DNA from: Candidatus Margulisiibacteriota bacterium
Lineage (GTDB): Bacteria; Margulisbacteria; WOR-1; JAHJIW01
Direction: 5' to 3'
Assembly (NCBI GenBank): GCA_018823125.1
Contig: JAHJIW010000009.1
Coordinates: 4,170 to 68,169 of the forward strand
DNA: 64,000 bases
Shown here: piece by piece, positions 1 through 7,687 of the stretch
How positions within the stretch are numbered: the first letter of the stretch is position 1
How the letters are laid out: each line of letters starts with the position of its first letter
The notes under the pieces: generated by a model
Seen by the model: the letters and a program-made list of their open reading frames with translations, nothing else
Databases searched by the model: none
Told to the model about the DNA's origin: nothing
Position numbers and translations under genes: made by a program

Positions 1-1069
1 AATTGGTAAATCTACGCTCATGCTTCAGGTAGCGCACAGTATTGCTAAAGTCGGTAAAGTTTTATACGTAACTGGTGAAGAATCTGCAGCGCAGATTAAA
101 ATGAGAGCCCAAAGATTAGGCGCACTTTCAAAAGAGTTATTGGTTTATCCAGAAACCAGTGTTTTTGCCGTGGAAAATGAAGTTAATAATTTAAAGCCCG
201 CATTTTTGATTATTGATTCTGCCCAAACTATGCACCGCGATGATATTGCGTCGGCCCCGGGATCGATTTCTCAAGTCCGGGAAAGTTCAAATTATATTAT
301 TAAAATTGCTAAATCTTTGGGGATGCCAACTTTTATCGTAGGACACGTTACCAAAGAGGGAAATATTGCCGGACCCCGGCTTTTAGAGCACATGGTGGAT
401 ACGGTTTTATACTTCGAAGGCGACCGCCATAAATATTTCAGGCTGATCCGGGCTACGAAAAATAGATTTGGTTCAACCAATGAAGTTGGGGTCTTTGAAA
501 TGGGGGAGAAGGGACTGATTGAGGTTTCTAACCCTTCAAAATTATTCTTAGAAGAGCGCCAGGAAGGAACTTCAGGTTCTTCGGTCATGGCTACGGTCGA
601 AGGAACCCGCCCGCTCTTAGTTGAATTGCAGGCTTTGATCACGTCTACCTCATCTCCGGTTCCCCGCCGTGGGGTTACGGGGTTAGATTATAGTCGTACA
701 TCAATCATTTTAGCGGTAATCGAAAAACGACTAGGTTTAAAACTAGGCGACAAGGATGTATACGTTAATGTTGCGGGTGGCGTTAAGGTTTCTGAACCAG
801 CCAGCGATCTGCCGTTAGCCATGGCAGTAGTTTCTTGTTATAAAAATAAACCTTTGCCGCAGGATTTAATGGTGGTAGGGGAGGTTGGCTTGGGTGGAGA
901 AATTCGAGCGGTTAATCATATTAGTCAGCGTCTCGGTGAAGCAGCTAAACTGGGCTTTAAAACCGCGCTCATTCCTAAAGGAAACGCTAAAGAAGCCGCA
1001 AAAGTTAAAGGGATTCAAGTGCAGGCGATTGGCAATTTGAAGGAAGCGGTTACTTTCGTCCTATCTTAA
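1..1069 (+). CDS. radA: DNA repair protein RadA/Sms (5' end outside window)
   Basis: Frame open from the window edge (IGKSTL Walker A at 2-19), KNRFG motif, C-terminal Lon-like domain. Confidence 0.96.
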   Translation, partial: IGKSTLMLQVAHSIAKVGKVLYVTGEESAAQIKMRAQRLGALSKELLVYPETSVFAVENEVNNLKPAFLIIDSAQTMHRDDIASAPGSISQVRESSNYIIKIAKSLGMPTFIVGHVTKEGNIAGPRLLEHMVDTVLYFEGDRHKYFRLIRATKNRFGSTNEVGVFEMGEKGLIEVSNPSKLFLEERQEGTSGSSVMATVEGTRPLLVELQALITSTSSPVPRRGVTGLDYSRTSIILAVIEKRLGLKLGDKDVYVNVAGGVKVSEPASDLPLAMAVVSCYKNKPLPQDLMVVGEVGLGGEIRAVNHISQRLGEAAKLGFKTALIPKGNAKEAAKVKGIQVQAIGNLKEAVTFVLS

Positions 1070-1570
1070 AAATCCTATCTTTTTTGGTTTATCTTTTGGT
1101 GGAGAAAGCAACTTTTTTATTAATTTGAAAACCGTTTGTATTTCACCATCATGTTTTTCGTATTTTTGTTCGAGTTGGTTTAGTTTTTCAGCAAGCTTAT
1201 GGTGGGTGGATAATATATTTTTTAATCTTATAAATACACGCATAATTGCAATGTTAACCCGAATGGCTTTTTTGCTTCTCAGGACGCTTGAGAGCATAGC
1301 TATCCCTGGCTCTGTAAAGGCAAAAGGTAGAGTTCTTCGTCCGCCCCAACTTGAAATCACAATTTGTGATTTCAAGATTTCAACTTCTTGCTTGGTTAAC
1401 TGAAACATGAAATCCTTCGGAAACCTTTCGATGTTTCTTTTTACGGCTTGGTTTAATACAAATGTTTTGACCCCATAGAGATTAGCCAAATCTGCATCGA
1501 TCATTACTTTATGTCCTCTAATTAAGTATATTTTATTTTCGATCCTTTCAATCGGTATTAAATTAATCAT
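1061..1570 (-). CDS. ORF6N-domain DNA-binding protein (copy 1)
   Basis: IRGHKVMIDADLANLYGV..NQAVKRNIERFPKDFMFQLT..FTEPGIAMLSSVLRS..C-terminal KKIGF, typical of the ORF6N family. Confidence 0.9.
   Translation of the reverse strand: MINLIPIERIENKIYLIRGHKVMIDADLANLYGVKTFVLNQAVKRNIERFPKDFMFQLTKQEVEILKSQIVISSWGGRRTLPFAFTEPGIAMLSSVLRSKKAIRVNIAIMRVFIRLKNILSTHHKLAEKLNQLEQKYEKHDGEIQTVFKLIKKLLSPPKDKPKKIGFLR
1350..1376. repeat. Perfect 27-bp palindrome inside ORF6N copy 1
   Basis: CTTGAAATCACAA-T-TTGTGATTTCAAG; encodes LKSQIVISS. Confidence 0.95.
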
Positions 1571-1581
1571 TTAATTTTCTC

Positions 1582-1608
1582 CTTGAGGTCACAATTTGTG
1601 ACCTCAAG
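1582..1608. promoter_or_regulatory. Perfect 27-bp palindrome (putative operator) over the TSS/RBS of ORF6N copy 1
   Basis: CTTGAGGTCACAA-T-TTGTGACCTCAAG; identical core at 4037-4061. Confidence 0.8.
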
Positions 1609-1614
1609 ATACAT

Positions 1615-1632
1615 AAGCAACTTTTTTGCCAA
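1615..1632 (-). promoter_or_regulatory. sigma54-type -24/-12 promoter
   Basis: Minus strand TTGGCAAAAAAGTTGCTT = GG-N10-GC; conserved at the same position upstream of copy 2. Confidence 0.7.
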
Positions 1633-1703
1633 CGTTGTTGAGCGTGGAAGTGACGGAAATATCATCAAGGTGTTGAAATTATGACAGCGCGGGGTAACTA
1701 GCG

Positions 1704-2429
1704 CTAAAAACTTTCTTTTAGCATACTCTCGATCTTACTTCTTACTTTGTGAATGGTTTTTTCCATGTCTTTATCGTTAACCGGAATGGGCTCTCCTATG
1801 GTGAGCTTAACTTTACTGGGATGAATAATGAAGGTTCCTCTGGGCATGATATCAAAACTTCCCGAAATAGCAATCGGGAGCACCGGAACCCCCGACTGCT
1901 TAGCAATTACTAAACTGCCGCGCTTAAATTGACCGAGGCTGCCGTCTCGAGTGCGGGTTCCTTCCGGGAAAATAAGGATAGTTTCTCCGCGCCGAATTTG
2001 TTTGGAAGTATCATATAGCGTTTTATGGGCTTTTAAGGTCTTGAAACGGTCGATCGGGATGTAGCCGGCCAGTCTTAAATAAGTTCCGAAAATAGGAACT
2101 TTAAAAAGCTCTCTTTTAATGACAAATTTAAAGAAAAGCGGGATGTTAGCCAAAAGGATTAGTATGTCGGCGGCGCTTTGATGGTTGGCCGCTAAGACCA
2201 GCGGTTGGTCTGCCGGAATATTTTCGATTCCCTCAACCTTAACTTTGGTTCGAGATACAGCGATAATAATTTTAGCCCAAATATTGGCAGCTTTTTGAAA
2301 AACGTGTTGTTTATTGGAAGCAAAAAGGGCTACGATGGTGGTGATCATTGTTCCGACGATAAAAGTAATTACCACGAAAATATAAATGAATATGGTATGC
2401 AATAAATTAACTATAAAACTCATGTTCAC
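1704..2429 (-). CDS. plsC: 1-acyl-sn-glycerol-3-phosphate acyltransferase
   Basis: NHQSAAD (HX4D) and FPEGTR motifs. Confidence 0.92.
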   Translation of the reverse strand: MNMSFIVNLLHTIFIYIFVVITFIVGTMITTIVALFASNKQHVFQKAANIWAKIIIAVSRTKVKVEGIENIPADQPLVLAANHQSAADILILLANIPLFFKFVIKRELFKVPIFGTYLRLAGYIPIDRFKTLKAHKTLYDTSKQIRRGETILIFPEGTRTRDGSLGQFKRGSLVIAKQSGVPVLPIAISGSFDIMPRGTFIIHPSKVKLTIGEPIPVNDKDMEKTIHKVRSKIESMLKESF

Positions 2430-2464
2430 CGTAAATATAACATAACTTGGAGGAAACTCAAAAT

Positions 2465-3502
2465 TTATTCACTCATAACTCTTAGTATTTCTTCTTTAGT
2501 CGTAATTCCTGACGCAACTAATTGCAATCCATTTTCTAGTAAAGTATGCATCCCTTTTAATTTTGCATGATTCAATAAAACATCTTTTGCTGCAGCAGAA
2601 GATATCAGCCGGCTCAATTCTTCATCAATGGTTAACACTTCAAATACCGCCTGGCGGCCTTTGTAGGTTTCTCCTGAAATCTTTCGGGTTAACCGCTGGG
2701 AGATTAGTCCAATTAGTGCTCCGGAAATTAAATAAGGTTCGATTCCCATGTCGATCAGGCGTCCTACCGTTGATACGCAGTCATTAGTATGAATAGTAGA
2801 TAGTACTAAATGCCCGGTCATGGCAGCCGTGATCGCAATTTTGGCGGTTTCTTTATCTCTGATTTCTCCAACCATGATGATATCCGGATCCTGTCTTAAA
2901 ACCGCGCGCAGCCCGCGCTCAAAAGTCATGCCGATTTTTTCGTTGACCTGAATTTGGTTGATCTGTTCAAAAGAATATTCCACCGGATCTTCTATGGTAA
3001 TAATATTAACTTCAGCTTGATTGAGTTTTTGCAGGGCGGCGTAAAGGGTGGTGGTTTTCCCGGATCCGGTAGGGCCTGAAACCAGGATTATTCCGTGCTT
3101 CTTAGATAGCATTTTTTTAAATTCTGCCAGTTCTTTCGGAAACATATCTAATTTTTCCAGGGATTTTATGGAAGCCTCCTTATTGAGGATCCGAATTACC
3201 GCTTTTTCTCCAAATACGGTGGGAATAGTGGAAATCCTAAGGTCGACCCTTTTTTCTTCTACTTTCATGAAAATCCTGCCGTCTTGCGGCAGCCTTTTTT
3301 CGGCGAGGTTAAGATGTGCTAATACTTTAATCCGGGAGATAAGCTGGATCAGTATTTCTTTTTTGGTTTTTAAGATTTCCTGCAGGAGGCCGTCCACCCG
3401 CATGCGTACCAGGGCATCCGATTTTTGCGGTTCAAAATGTAAATCGCTAGCTCCGTCCGCAATTGCTTTTTTGATTAGGTCGTTTAAGGTGGAGATGATC
3501 AT
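2465..3502 (-). CDS. GspE/PilB/ComGA-family secretion ATPase (short form)
   Basis: ASDLHFEP, RLPQDGR, GPTGSGKTTT, LRQDPD, TGHLVLSTIH; no N-terminal domain and no tetra-Cys motif. Confidence 0.9.
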   Translation of the reverse strand: MIISTLNDLIKKAIADGASDLHFEPQKSDALVRMRVDGLLQEILKTKKEILIQLISRIKVLAHLNLAEKRLPQDGRIFMKVEEKRVDLRISTIPTVFGEKAVIRILNKEASIKSLEKLDMFPKELAEFKKMLSKKHGIILVSGPTGSGKTTTLYAALQKLNQAEVNIITIEDPVEYSFEQINQIQVNEKIGMTFERGLRAVLRQDPDIIMVGEIRDKETAKIAITAAMTGHLVLSTIHTNDCVSTVGRLIDMGIEPYLISGALIGLISQRLTRKISGETYKGRQAVFEVLTIDEELSRLISSAAAKDVLLNHAKLKGMHTLLENGLQLVASGITTKEEILRVMSE

Positions 3503-3504
3503 AT

Positions 3505-4023
3505 TTAGATAAAACCGATCTTTTTAGGTTTATGATTGGGAGGATTTAACAATTTTTCAATTGTTTCAAAGATTAGCCCAATTTCTTTGTCATGTTTGTG
3601 GTATCGTTTTTCAAATTTATTTTCTAGTTCTTTTAACTTTTGAGCAATTTTCTTATTTGAAGCAATGACTTGCCTAAGTCTTACAAAGGTGCGCATGATT
3701 ATGATGTTTACATAAATTGACCGGTCACTATTTAATACTGATGAAAGCATGGCGATGCCTTGTTCGGTAAAAACATAGGGTAAATAACGTCGACCGCCTC
3801 GTTTTGAGGTTCCAAAATGGAACCTCAAATTCCGTGCTTCTTTTCCATTTAATTGGAACATAAAATCTTTAGGGAAACGCTTGAAGTTTCTTTTAACTGC
3901 TTTATTAAGGCTTTTGGTTTTGACTCCATATAGTTCTGCTAGATCAGCATCTAACATTACCTTCTGGCCTTGAATTAGATAAATCCTATTTTCAATTACT
4001 TCTACTGGCACTAAATTACTCAT
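3505..4023 (-). CDS. ORF6N-domain DNA-binding protein (copy 2)
   Basis: Clear paralog of 1061-1570 (KVMLDADLAELYGV, RFPKDFMFQL, FTEQGIAMLSSVL, KKIGF). Confidence 0.9.
   Translation of the reverse strand: MSNLVPVEVIENRIYLIQGQKVMLDADLAELYGVKTKSLNKAVKRNFKRFPKDFMFQLNGKEARNLRFHFGTSKRGGRRYLPYVFTEQGIAMLSSVLNSDRSIYVNIIIMRTFVRLRQVIASNKKIAQKLKELENKFEKRYHKHDKEIGLIFETIEKLLNPPNHKPKKIGFI
3803..3829. repeat. 27-bp palindrome inside ORF6N copy 2
   Basis: TTTGAGGTTCCA-AAA-TGGAACCTCAAA; encodes LRFHFGTSK. Confidence 0.95.
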
Positions 4024-4036
4024 TGTCTATTCCTCT

Positions 4037-4061
4037 TTGAGGTCACAATTTGTGACCTCAA
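4037..4061. promoter_or_regulatory. Perfect 25-bp palindrome (putative operator) upstream of ORF6N copy 2
   Basis: TTGAGGTCACAA-T-TTGTGACCTCAA; 28 bp (4037-4064) identical to 1583-1610. Confidence 0.8.
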
Positions 4062-4069
4062 GATTAAAC

Positions 4070-4087
4070 AAGCAATTTTATTGCCAA
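4070..4087 (-). promoter_or_regulatory. sigma54-type -24/-12 promoter
   Basis: Minus strand TTGGCAATAAAATTGCTT = GG-N10-GC. Confidence 0.7.
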
Positions 4088-4120
4088 TGGAAATCGTGCT
4101 TGAGGGTGTTGATTAAATCG

Positions 4121-4975
4121 TCAGTGGAGGGCCTTTTGTGCTGCTTTTTCCATCACTTCAACTGGAGCATTTATGCCGGTGAAAACAGTGAAGGCCAGAG
4201 CACCTTGATAAACCAGCATGGATAGGCCGGTTGTAGCTTTGGCGCCGGAAGCTTTAGCTTGTTTGGCAAGTTGAGTTTCAGCCGGGTTATAAACCAAGTC
4301 ATATATATATGTATGGGGATTGATAATTGTATTAGGGGGCAGGGGAGACATATTTTCTTTGGGATGCATGCCGATTGGAGTTGCATTGACCAATAAATCG
4401 CAATCGGCAATGTATTCGTTTAAATCGTTATTCTTGGAAGGCAGACCGATTACCTTGGTTTCAAAGTTTGAGGTTATTTGTTCTGTCAGGTGGATGGTTT
4501 TGGTTTCATCAACATCATAGATGACAATTTGGGTTGCCTTGTTTTCAGCCAGGATCATGCCAACTGCTTTAGCCGCGCCGCCGGCGCCAAGCAAAACTAC
4601 CTTCTTGCCTTCCGGCGTAATTCCCAGCTTATTCTTAATCGCTTCCAAAAATCCGGGACCATCGGTGTTATAGCCGATTAATTTTCCGTCTTCATTTTTG
4701 ACCGTATTTACCGCACCTACGATTTTGGCGTATTGGGTGATTTCATCCAGGTGTTCCATAACGGTGACTTTATGCGGAATGGTAACGTTGATGCCTAAAT
4801 AACCTTTTTCTCTGACTTCCTGGAGGAACTTTCCGAGGTTTTTGGGCTTCACGTGAAAGGCCTTATACTCCATTTCCTGATCCATATTGAGGGCTTTTAG
4901 CGCCGCATTGTGCATAGCGGGGGAAATACTATGGGCAATGGGGTCTCCGATTACGCCTAAAATCTTCTTTTTCAT
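4121..4975 (-). CDS. aroE: Shikimate dehydrogenase
   Basis: HSISP, NVTIPHK, GAVNT, NTDG, GAGGAA motifs. Confidence 0.96.
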   Translation of the reverse strand: MKKKILGVIGDPIAHSISPAMHNAALKALNMDQEMEYKAFHVKPKNLGKFLQEVREKGYLGINVTIPHKVTVMEHLDEITQYAKIVGAVNTVKNEDGKLIGYNTDGPGFLEAIKNKLGITPEGKKVVLLGAGGAAKAVGMILAENKATQIVIYDVDETKTIHLTEQITSNFETKVIGLPSKNNDLNEYIADCDLLVNATPIGMHPKENMSPLPPNTIINPHTYIYDLVYNPAETQLAKQAKASGAKATTGLSMLVYQGALAFTVFTGINAPVEVMEKAAQKALH

Positions 4976-5044
4976 GAGTTAGATTATAGCACTTTTTGGG
5001 CTAGCTGTAATTTCATGATTTGGCCAACAATTACCGAATTCCAT

Positions 5045-5074
5045 GCAAGTTTTGGCCTTCTAACCACGATATAT
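5045..5074 (+). promoter_or_regulatory. sigma28-like promoter
   Basis: GCAAGTTT-N14-CGATATAT. Confidence 0.65.
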
Positions 5075-5167
5075 AAAGTGTAGAAGAGCGAATTTCGGTA
5101 TCCCTAAGGAACCCTCCGAAATTCACTCTTAAGAGGCTCAAAACCTAAATTGATGGGGAGAAGCCCG

Positions 5168-7684
5168 ATGGTAAATAGACTCAAAAACTTTATATTTCTA
5201 CTCTTAATTTTTACATTTATTGTATCTTTTGCTGGATCTGCTTGTGCAATTAATATCACGCAAACACCGCCGAACCAAAATGACCTAGTTGAAGATTCTC
5301 TCATCAATTCCTATCATGAAAAGATCATAGTTGACGAACAAGCTGTTTTTACATTGGTCAAAGCGCCGGTTGGATTTACCTTAACTCCTGATGTGCTTGG
5401 AACCGGGGCTAATTTAGATTGGACCCCTACCAATAAATATGTTACCCACGGACACTGGGGAGGTGGACCAGATAATGAAATTGTTATCGAGGCAACCGGA
5501 GTAATTACCGGTACCACTGTTCAACATACGATCCTTTTGGGTGTATATAACAATAATCCTGTTTTTTATTCTACTAATCCATATTTAGTTCAAGACTGGC
5601 CAACGGGAGTGCCTTTGACGATTAACAGTTTTGATAATGATGATGAAGGTGACCTGGCTGAAAGACAAACTGATCCGGCTAACAGCCCCTTTTATAAGGC
5701 AGACCCATTTATTGGATCACCATCCAGTGCCTGGTCTACCGTAATTGATAAAGAAATTGGAATAGTCAAACTTGGATGTGATGTGGTTGGGTCAGTAAAA
5801 TATAATATCGTTGCTTTTGACGGTGTTGGAAGCGAAGCAACCTTTGATCCATGGACTACCTATACTGAATATACTTTAAAAGTTGAATTTGCGCAAAACC
5901 AACCGCCGGTGGCAGACAATCAAACGGTAACTATTAATGAAGGCGATACCAACATTCAAATAACTTTAACCGGTTATGACGTTTGGCCTTTTGGTATTCC
6001 GATCACTTTCTATTCCCAGGTTTTAAATTTACCTTCTGGAGCAACTTTAACTCCGGATGCTAACTTTAAAGATAACGGAATTATCTACTATGATCCTCCA
6101 AACACGGATTGGAACGGAACCGATACCTTTAACTTTAAAGTTTTTGATGGCGGGCTTTTTTCTCAGCCGGGGATAGTAACGGTTCAGGTCCTTCCGATCA
6201 ATGATGCTCCGGTAGCGGTGGATGATACATATGCTGTAGATGAGGGTGCTACCATAACGGTTTTCCCGATAAATGGTGTTCTAAGTAATGATACCGATGT
6301 TGACAATAATATTATTCAACTAAATGCAGTTTTAGTGGACGATGTTGACCATGGCTTATTGAATTTTAACTCTAACAATGGATCTTTTGTTTACGAACAC
6401 GATGGTTCCGAAACTTTGAGTGATACCTTTACTTACAAAGCCAATGATGGCCAGGATGACTCAAACGTTGCAACGGTTACCATAACCATTAATCCTATTA
6501 ACGATGCCCCGACTGCCGACGCCGGCCCGGATCAAAATTCATATTCTGCTTCTTTGGTAACCCTGGATGGTTCCGGATCTTCCGACGTTGATGGAGATCC
6601 GTTAAGTTATATTTGGATCAATGCGCATGGGATTACCTTAGATGATATATATGCGGTTAATCCAACCTTTACTGCTCCGGAAGTTACTGCTCCGACCACT
6701 TATACCTTTACTTTAACGGTCACCGATCCTTCAGGATTAATTGATAGTGATGAGGTAGATATCACCATCAGCGAAGCTCCGGATTCGATTGCTCCAATTA
6801 TTAACGCTACGGTCAATGGTACTTTAGGTGATAATAATTGGTACGTAAGCGAAATTACAATCGATATGGAAGCCGAAGATCCTGATTCAGGAATTGCTAA
6901 GATTGTGTACTGGGCAAATTCTGATGCTCCTACCGAAGTTTATACCACTACTGCCTCTGACGTAATTGCAGTGGATGGATCACATACCTTTAGTTGTTAT
7001 GCCGTGGATAACGTTGGCAATACCAGTGCCACGGTTCTGATCGAAGATCTTCATATTGACACTGCTCCGCCTGAAATTACGGATGTAAAGTTAGAGGATA
7101 CTTATTTAGCAGAAAGCGGTACCGTTGACTTTGGTGCCGTGATCCCCGGTGTGTATCCTCAGCTTTCCGCCAGTGTTTCTGACGTTATGTCTGGTGTAGC
7201 CGAAGACGAAATTTGTATTAGTTTCAACGGCAGCGATCTTTCACTGAGCGCGAGCGAAGTTACTGGTATCGTTGGCATGGGAACCGCCTATGAGCTTAGT
7301 TCTACTTCTTCAGGCTTAGGTGTTGGAACTAATGAATTTGAAATTGTAGCGCGAGACTTAGCTGGAAATGAAACAACCTATAACGCCCGGGTTAATGCCG
7401 AAGCGCTGATTACTTACGGATACATTTATCCTAACCCATGGCATTTAGACATACCGTTGAGCATTACTTTTGGAATATCCGAAGCTAAGGACGTTACCGT
7501 ACATATATATGATGAGGTTTCCAGATTACGTAAAGTATTGAACTACAGCGCAGTAGCTGGAAACAACACCTTTACCTGGAGCGACGATGTTGGGTTAGGC
7601 AATGGATTATATCCATTTAAGGTATTTACTACCGCGGATAAGCAAATTTTGTTTACCGGTAAATTAGTTGTGGTGAGGAGATAA
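5168..7684 (+). CDS. Secreted Ig/cadherin-like repeat + PKD surface protein with C-terminal T9SS-CTD/FlgD-Ig-like domain
   Basis: Signal peptide; NQPPVA/NDAPVAVDD/NDAPTADAG repeats; C-terminal YIYPNPW..VHIYD..FTW..GNGLYPFKV..GKLVVVR; start moved to ATG 5168 after GGGGAG. Confidence 0.8.
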   Translation: MVNRLKNFIFLLLIFTFIVSFAGSACAINITQTPPNQNDLVEDSLINSYHEKIIVDEQAVFTLVKAPVGFTLTPDVLGTGANLDWTPTNKYVTHGHWGGGPDNEIVIEATGVITGTTVQHTILLGVYNNNPVFYSTNPYLVQDWPTGVPLTINSFDNDDEGDLAERQTDPANSPFYKADPFIGSPSSAWSTVIDKEIGIVKLGCDVVGSVKYNIVAFDGVGSEATFDPWTTYTEYTLKVEFAQNQPPVADNQTVTINEGDTNIQITLTGYDVWPFGIPITFYSQVLNLPSGATLTPDANFKDNGIIYYDPPNTDWNGTDTFNFKVFDGGLFSQPGIVTVQVLPINDAPVAVDDTYAVDEGATITVFPINGVLSNDTDVDNNIIQLNAVLVDDVDHGLLNFNSNNGSFVYEHDGSETLSDTFTYKANDGQDDSNVATVTITINPINDAPTADAGPDQNSYSASLVTLDGSGSSDVDGDPLSYIWINAHGITLDDIYAVNPTFTAPEVTAPTTYTFTLTVTDPSGLIDSDEVDITISEAPDSIAPIINATVNGTLGDNNWYVSEITIDMEAEDPDSGIAKIVYWANSDAPTEVYTTTASDVIAVDGSHTFSCYAVDNVGNTSATVLIEDLHIDTAPPEITDVKLEDTYLAESGTVDFGAVIPGVYPQLSASVSDVMSGVAEDEICISFNGSDLSLSASEVTGIVGMGTAYELSSTSSGLGVGTNEFEIVARDLAGNETTYNARVNAEALITYGYIYPNPWHLDIPLSITFGISEAKDVTVHIYDEVSRLRKVLNYSAVAGNNTFTWSDDVGLGNGLYPFKVFTTADKQILFTGKLVVVRR

Positions 7685-7687
7685 TAC

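Noticed and set aside
1350-4061. Four palindromes as a CRISPR array or integron attC sites
   Set aside because: Spacing is irregular and gene-linked; no cas or intI genes; no attC RYYYAAC/GTTRRRY ends
1583-4064. 28-bp direct repeats as ends of a transposon or integrative element carrying gspE-plsC
   Set aside because: No recombinase or transposase; the repeats are better explained as the upstream element of each ORF6N gene
4037-4225. ORF MRSQFVTSR.. on the + strand
   Set aside because: It is the palindrome read on the opposite strand running antisense into aroE; no RBS
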